DNA of 37,793 bases from positions 1 to 37,793 of the forward strand of contig NIVC01004697.1 in NCBI GenBank assembly GCA_002269645.1, written 5' to 3'. Both the position numbers and the translations under genes were made by a program. Source of the DNA: Macrostomum lignano. Its lineage: Eukaryota. Positions 31,401-37,793 of the stretch are shown in pieces; position 1 is the first letter of the stretch, and each line of letters starts with the position of its first letter. The notes under the pieces were generated by a model that did no database searches, was not told the origin of the DNA, and saw nothing but the letters and a program-made list of their open reading frames with translations.

Positions 31401-32497
31401 GACGCAGGCAGGGAGGCCGGGCGGCCGCCCTCGCCGAGGCCGGAGCGGCGCGAGTCCGCCTCGATGACGGCGTAGTCGTGCCAGTCTTTCAGCGCTGACC
31501 GGGGGTGAAGATTGATGTGCGTCAGATATACAAAAATATTCTGTCTGTTCACAGACTGGGTTTGTTTCGGGGGGCTGTTTTTGTCAAGGGCGGGGCGAGA
31601 GCCCTACGAGCGACACTTGAGCGCCAATTTAGCGCCGCAGGTGACACTTTAGCGCCAATTTAGCGCCGCAGGTGACATTTTGGCGCCAATTAAGTGCCGC
31701 AGGTGACACTTAAGCGCCAGTAAAGCGCCGCAGGTGACACTTAAGCGCCAGTAAAACGTCGCAGGTGACACTTAAGCGCCAGTAAAGCGCCGCAGGGGAC
31801 ACTTAAGCGCCAGTAAAGCGCCGCAGGGGACACTTAAGCGCCAATTTAGCGCCGCAGGTGACACTTTAGCGCCAATTTAGCGCCGCAGGTGACATTTTGG
31901 CGCCAATTAAGTGCCGCAGGTGACACTTAAGCGCCAGTAAAGCGCCGCAGGTGACACTTAAGCGCCAGTAAAACGTCGCAGGTGACACTTAAGCGCCAGT
32001 AAAGCGCCGCAGGGGACACTTAAGCGCCAGTAAAGCGCCGCAGGGGACACTTAAGCGCCAATTTAGCGCCACCGGTGACATTTTTGCGCCAATTTAGCGC
32101 CGTATGTGACACTTAACGACTTTTAGCGCCTATTTATATACAGATAAGAATTTTGACTTAAATTCAATAATTGTTCACCAAGACCGAAATAATAAACTTC
32201 AAAGAGAGTTAACATGCTAGTCTATTATATTACATTTTTCTAGTTAAAGAGCACCAGTGCTAGTAGCACATTTTACTCTTTTATATCTGTATTTATCTAA
32301 CTATCTATCAAGCATATCTGTGTTGAAATCTAATCGAACTCACAGTGCGAATGCCTGTCGCCCCGCCTTGGCGAGTGGCCGCCCCAGCCCAGCCAGCCCA
32401 GCAGCAGCAGGCCCAGCAGCAGCAGCAGCAGAGGCGACTTCAACCGTCTCGGTAATTTTGGCAGCCTACGGCGTAATCGCAGAACGGTGGACTGCAT
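28407..32497 (-). CDS. Second polypeptide N-acetylgalactosaminyltransferase (GT27), GALNT10-like; exons 32497-32344, 31494-30655, 30136-29746, 28752-28407; 576 aa
   Basis: Basic N-terminus plus TM (LLLLLLGLLLLGWLGW); KDWHDY; VIPFHEE; ILVDD; KREGLIRAR; DSH; [11 protein letters not shown]; WGG|[10 protein letters not shown]; WMDEYK; ricin lectin (GNQYF, QRWAW). Three GT-AG introns have consistent phases (1,1,2). Summed CDS is 1731 nt. Confidence 0.93.
28961..29672. repeat. Intronic minisatellite, 34 bp unit, ~21 copies
   Basis: GCAGCTTGGCGCCAGATGCACATGCTGTA(C/T)ATCA, highly homogeneous, in GALNT(-) intron 3. Confidence 0.97.
30195..30421. repeat. Intronic minisatellite, 20 bp unit, ~11 copies
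   Basis: GAGGGACAGGGTCTTCCTGA with period 20, in GALNT(-) intron 2. Confidence 0.96.
30480..30645. repeat. Second, degenerate intronic minisatellite (~30-34 bp unit)
   Basis: GGTCC(A)ATCTCAAATCTTCACAAAGACACC variants repeated about 5 times next to the donor of GALNT(-) intron 2. Confidence 0.8.
31615..32130. repeat. Intronic minisatellite, 31 bp unit with a 217-bp (7-mer) higher-order duplication
   Basis: TTAAGCGCCAGTAAAGCGCCGCAGGTGACAC. The variant order starting at 31621 recurs at 31838. Located in GALNT(-) intron 1. Confidence 0.95.
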
Positions 32498-33354
32498 GAT
32501 CGGCTAGCAGTGAGATGATGATGGAGCTCCCAGGAAGTTGAATGTGCAGAGAGAGAGCAGCTCTGACTTAGCTGCAGTCAGTAGAACTACTATAATAGTG
32601 AATGGAAGTGAATGGAAGGTGTTCACAGCAGCCTGGCCAATGCCAGTAGAAATGCTGCTGTTCGCCAAATGGAGAGGAGATAACGGCCGGGTAGAGAGAG
32701 AGGAGAGAAAGGCAGATTTAGTGTCTCGTCACCTAAAAAGTATAGTGCGCCAATGTACATTCGCAATTTGAGTGTACACTGGCGTGAACTGGGGGGTGAG
32801 GGGCAAACCCACCACCTCAATTCCTCCACACAGAAGCCTCTCTTTACTTCTTTATTTCTTTCTGACCAACAAATAATCGTACTCTACAATACATGTAGTA
32901 AATAGTAAATAGCGTTGGACATTGCTAAAACTTTCGAAGTTATGATTTTTGGGTTTATGATGGGGTTTTCTACATGTATTTTGGTTTTGGGAGTCATGAT
33001 ATTTCGGGTTTATGTATGATGCCCCCTTCTGACTGGGCTGTGTGGTCAGCCGACTAGCAATCTCACTGAACTCTAGGAAGTGTGTTAGTGTTTTTCCGTG
33101 ATCCCGGGATCACAGTACTCAATCCCGGAATTTGGCCAATCCCGCGGGATCAGAAAAACGCATTTTTGAAGCTCTAAAATTGAAATTTAAAGGGTAAATG
33201 CATTCTGAACAAAAAGTTCTCTCGCTTCCCTGACATACTAAATCTAAAGTACTTTCGAGTTTTTCACTCTATGTACAGTTCACAGTTTCGTGTTTAGTTT
33301 TGCAACAGTGTTTCAATTTTTGTGTAATAGTAGTATAGTACATGTAAGTAGTGT

Positions 33355-34077
33355 CAAGCGTAGCCAGGATTTCTGGCGGGGGGGGGGCACGTCTCAGGGC
33401 TGGCAAGTGGGCGCCAACTCTGCTGGCAAGGGGGCGCCACATGCTTTGTCAGCCGATTGGGGGTGGGGGTGCGCCCCCTTTTGCCCCCCTTGGTTACGTC
33501 TCCCTTTTTGTCCCCCCCCCTTGGCCACGCCTCCCTTTTTGTCCCCCCTTGGCTACGCCTCCCTCTTTGCCCCCCCCCTTGGCTACGCCTCCCTCTTTGC
33601 CCCCCCCTTGGCTACGCCTCCCTCTTTGCCCCCCTTGGCTACGCCTCCCTTTTTGCCCCCCTTGGCTACGCCTCCCTCTTTGCCCCCACTTGGCTACGCC
33701 TCCCTCTTTGACCCCCCCCCTGGGCTACGCCTCCCTCTTTGCCCCCCCCTTGGCTACGCCTCCCTCTTTGCCCCCCCTTGGCTACGCCTCCCTCTTTGCC
33801 CCCCCTTGGCTACGCCTCCCTCTTTGCCCCCCCTTGGCTACGCCTCCCTCTTTGCCCCCCTTGGCTACGCCTCCCTTTTTGCCCCCCCTTGGCTACGCCT
33901 CCCTCTTTGCCCCCCTTGGCTACGCCTCCCTCTTTGCCCCCCCCCCCTTGGCTACGCCTCCCTCTTTGCCCCCCCCTTGGCTACGCCTCCCTCTTTGCCC
34001 CCCCCTTGGCTACGCCTCCCTCTTTGCCCCCCCTGGGCTACGCCTCCCTCTTTGCCCCCCCCTTGGCTACGCCCCAG
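33355..34077. mobile_element. Probable MITE whose right terminus is tandemly amplified
   Basis: The left end GCGTAGCCAGG...GGGGGGGGGCAC is the reverse complement of the right-end motif GCCCCCCCCTTGGCTACGC. No clean TSD was found. Confidence 0.5.
33477..34075. repeat. Minisatellite, ~28-30 bp unit, ~20 copies, variable C-run
   Basis: TTGGCTACGCCTCCCTCTTTGCCCCCCC repeated. Confidence 0.95.
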
Positions 34078-34914
34078 AGTATAGTGTATTAGTACAAGTT
34101 TAGCTCGAACAAAAAAGGGAAAAATGCTTAAATTTGGAAAATTAATCAATGCAAATATGCAAGTGCATATTTTTGCATAGGTCCAGACGCAACTTGAGTG
34201 CAAGAGCGAGATTCAAAAGCACAAAGCAAGCAAGTCAACGACACGATTGTTTACCATTCGCATTTTATTTTTGCAGAAAATGAAAATGTAAGGTTGTATT
34301 TGACAATGTACTTTAAAAAAAATCTGTTCGTTTGATTGACTTTTTTCAATTTGAGAATTCTACGTTCAAAAAACGAATTACAATCAGACAGACAAACAGG
34401 GTGACAGACTGACAGACACTGCAGACACAGAGACCGGCAAGCGGACACAACCCCTTTGGCAAAACAGATCATACTCCAGCGACAGGGAGCGGAAAAACAA
34501 CACACTAGCTAGGGAGACAGTTTCCTGGCAGCCAACGAGATAATCCGATGGTCCAGCTCACTCCGAGAGCATTAGCGGCTGCACCACTGCCAGCTGCAGA
34601 CATGCAGTTTATATATCTGCCAACAATGTGATTCCCAATATACAAACAGGTTCTGCAGGTCCACTGTGGCAACAGCGGTATAATCCGCACAGTGAGCCAG
34701 CGACCATCTGTTGCCGAAAATCCTTGCGGCACTGCATAAGGGGGGGGGGCACACACCGAAATCTGAGGCCATTCAAGCGCGGGCAAAGCGGCAGGCGAAT
34801 GCGGCTTGCAGAGCTCCACACCGAGACCATGTGGCATTTGCACGGAGGCGCTTCGGAATTGATCGATTCCCCTATAGTGAGGCAGAGAGCACCTTAATGA
34901 GAGCTCCGGCCGCT

Positions 34915-35350
34915 CTAGATGACGCAGAATCTTACCGGGAGATTTCCATTATTAATCAAGAATCTCACCATGAGATTACACAGGTTGACACAGAATATTA
35001 CCCCTGAGATTTCCATTATTAATCAAGAATCTCATCATGAGATTACACAGGCTGACGCAGAATCTTACCCGGGGGAGAATCTCACCATGAGACTACTACG
35101 CAGGTTGACGCAGAATCTTACCCGGGGGGGGGGAGAATCTTACCATGAGATTACGCAGGTTGACGCAGAATCTTACCCCGAAGATTTTCATTAGTAATCA
35201 AGAATCTCACGATGAGATTACAAAGGTTGACGTAGAATCTTACGTAGAGATTTTCCTCTGATATTTTATAATCAACACAATTTCACCCGGAGATTTCCAT
35301 CGTGGACAGAATCTCACCCTGAGATTTCGTTAATGAGGCAGAATCTCACA
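34915..35350. repeat. Degenerate minisatellite (~55-66 bp unit)
   Basis: GACGCAGAATCTTACC...GAATCTCACCATGAGATTACACAGGTT repeated about 5-6 times with decay. Confidence 0.8.
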
Positions 35351-35860
35351 GTGAGTTTTCTTTGCAACACGCTATCTCTAATAAATAAAAAATTATACTT
35401 GCGTAATAAAAAAACACGACTAAAATAGATATTAGAGACAAATTCGTAATTCATTACTGAATTCCAACCTTGAGTAGTAAAGTGCGCAGTTTTACAGTTT
35501 ATTAATTGAGCGAAACGAATGCTCGTAAGTACCGCAGTTTCAGTTAAACCAGCAGGTCGATTGCCCAAATTAGTCGCAGAACTTCGCGGCTCGAATCTAC
35601 AGACGGAAATCGCATTCCCATCGCAGACAAGGCCGCCTTGCGTGATTGAATTTCAGAGAAACCCTGTACTCGTGTGCAGCAGTGCAGTGGAAAGTGAGAC
35701 AAGTGGCTGCAGTGGTGCCTGTTGCTGCCTGAAGGACTCCGTTTGGTGCATTGGAATGAGACTGGGAGGCCTTAGGGAGTAGGGAGTGAATGACGGAGTG
35801 AGGGTGACTGAGTAAAGGAGTGAATGAGGGAATAAGGGGGATTGAGTAGATGGTTGCGAG

Positions 35861-37052
35861 AACGACTTCTCAAGTGAGAGTAGCTGAGGGGCGATTCACA
35901 AGTGAGAGTAGCTGATGGGCGATTCTCAAGTGAGAGTAGCTGAGGGGCGATTCTCAAGTGAGAGTAGCTGAGGGCGATTCTCAAGTGAAAGTAGCTGAGG
36001 GGCGATTCTCAAGTGAGAGTAGCTGAGGGGCGATTCTCAAGTGAGAGTAGCTGAGGGAAGATTCTCAAGTGAGAGTAGCTGAGGGAAGATTCTCAAGTGA
36101 GAGTAGCTGAGGGGCGATTCTCAAATTCTCAAGTGAGAGCAGCTGGGGGGCGATTCTCAAGTGAGAGTAGCTGAAGGGCGATTCTCAAGTGAGAGTAGCT
36201 GAAGGGCGATTCTCAAGTGAGAGTAGCTGAAGGGCGATTCTCAAGTGAGAGTAGCTGAAGGGCGATTCTCAAGTGAGAGTAGCTGAAGGGCGATTCTCAA
36301 GTGAGAGTAGCTGAAGGGCGATTCTCAAGTGAGAGTAGCTGAAGGGCAATTCTCAAGTGAGAGTAGCTGAAGGGCGATTCTCAAGTGAGAGTAGCTGAAG
36401 GGCGATTCTCAAGTGAGAGTAGCTGAAGGGCGATTCTCAAGTGAGAGTAGCTGAGGGCGATTCTCAAGTGAGAGTAGCTGAAGGGCGATTCTCAAGTGAG
36501 AGTAGCTGAGGGCGATTCTCAAGTGAGAGTAGCTGAAGGGCGATTCTCAAGTGAGAGTAGCTGAAGGGCGATTCTCAAGTGAGAGTAGCTGAGGGCGATT
36601 CTCAAGTGAGAGTAGCTGAAGGGCGATTCTCAAGTGAGAGTAGCTGAAGGGCGATTCTCAAGTGAGAGTAGCTGAAGGGCGATTCTCAAGTGAGAGTAGC
36701 TGAAGGGCGATTCTCAAGTGAGAGTAGCTGAGGGCGATTCTCAAGTGAGAGTAGCTGAAGGGCAATTCTCAAGTGAGAGTAGCTGAGGGAAGATTCTCAA
36801 GTGAGAGTAGCTGAGGGGCGATTCTCAAATTCTCAAGTGAGAGCAGCTGGGGGGCGATTCTCAAGTGAGAGTAGCTGAAGGGCGATTCTCAAGTGAGAGT
36901 AGCTGAAGGGCGATTCTCAAGTGAGAGTAGCTGAAGGGCGATTCTCAAGTGAGAGTAGCTGAGGGGCGATTCTCAAGTGAGAGTAGCTGAGGGAAGATTC
37001 TCAAGTGAGAGTAGCTGAGGGAAGATTCTCAAGTGAGAGTAGCTGAGGTTCT
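35861..37052. repeat. Minisatellite, 28 bp unit, ~42 copies
   Basis: GATTCTCAAGTGAGAGTAGCTGAAGGGC with period 28. Confidence 0.97.
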
Positions 37053-37514
37053 CAAGCCAAACTGTCAAAGCCTGTTAGCAGGGCGTTAGCAGCGAGTTAC
37101 AGCAATCAAGCTGTCGGTGACAAAAAAGTTTCGATGCCACTGGCAAATCGATGGGCCCTTGCGGCTCCGCCTGTTGCACTTTAAAGTCAGTCAGATGTCC
37201 GCAAAATGTCCCCCGCTCCGTCCAGCCTCACTCTCTCGACATCATCGCAGCCTGAGCAATAACTTAGTATACGGGCCTGGGCCCGCTCCGCTCACTCAAT
37301 AATCCCCTCCCATCTTCTCCGAAATCCCCTTAACTTGCTTCAATCGAGGAGAGAGCGGCGAGAGGCGGAGATTGATGAAAAGTGCAAACGCAACTTGAGA
37401 TGTTGGATTTTCTGAGAGTCAAAATAACGAAGTCAAAAAGAGATGTAGGGAGAGAGAGGAGAAAGGGGAGAGAGGGAAAATCGGTCCGACTCCCGGTAGC
37501 ATCAGCTGTCACCT

Positions 37515-37793
37515 TCAAGCCTCATCATCTTTCAGCCGGGCCTGATCGTTGGCCAATGGCGCGACGGCGGCAGTCGGCGGCACCACAGCCGCGGCATACT
37601 TGGTTGCCAGGCCGCCAGCGACTCTGCCGACTCGCATGGCCGACGAAAGTTCGTTGAAGAAGCGCGGCCAACCGAGCGGAGTTGTGCTCCATCAGCAGGA
37701 TGCTGGCCAGAATCTCGTTGCTCAGGCTGAGGTGCGCCAGTAGCTGAGACTGAACTGGCGCAGCAGCGGCAGCAGCAGCCGGGGTCCAGCGGC
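37515..37793 (-). other. Possible 3'-terminal coding exon fragment of an unidentified gene, frameshifted, entering from the right edge
   Basis: GC-rich and codon-like. Segments in different frames read PRLLLPLLRQFSLSYWRTS / SNEILASILLMEHN / LGWPRFFNELSSAMRVGRVAGGLATKYAAAVVPPTAAVAPLANDQARLKDDEA*. The product was not recognised. Confidence 0.35.

Noticed and set aside
33095-33165. Small GATCCCGGGATC palindromic cluster as a MITE
   Set aside because: Too short, with no definable ends or TSD.
33290-34103. Pro-rich ORFs of 250-264 aa
   Set aside because: They are translations of the C-rich minisatellite, with frames swapping wherever the C-run length changes.
18283-37052. CRISPR arrays suggested by the regularly spaced repeats
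   Set aside because: The units are head-to-tail with no unique spacers, there are no cas genes, and the context is eukaryotic with spliceosomal introns.

Overview
Eukaryotic (animal) genomic DNA with GC-rich exons set in AT-rich, repeat-dense DNA. The style suggests a flatworm such as Macrostomum, but this is inference only. Genes: (1) the 5' end of an alpha-tubulin with multiple frameshifts (1-374, -); (2) a two-exon PHD-RING-RING gene with a very long Asp/Ala/Ser-rich tail and one 13-bp frameshifting duplication (4800-7407, -); (3) an intronless RPL29 (17778-17966, +); (4) two intact, convergent GALNT10-like polypeptide GalNAc-transferases (19890-25450 +, 5 exons, 652 aa; 28407-32497 -, 4 exons, 576 aa) that share no intron position; (5) a frameshifted coding fragment at the right edge. 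Six DNA-transposon derivatives could be delimited by hand from terminal inverted repeats (TIRs) plus target-site duplications (TSDs): a THAP/P-type deletion derivative, a 698-bp hairpin MITE with matching ends, two related Tc1/IS630-like derivatives, a hAT-like MITE, and a 298-bp MITE carrying a 28S rRNA fragment that is altered specifically at the R2/I-PpoI cut site. All eight inferred introns contain their own unrelated minisatellite, and further arrays lie between genes. No CRISPR array, tRNA or complete rRNA gene was seen. All gene models come from manual reading of splice sites and frames; no database search was run.
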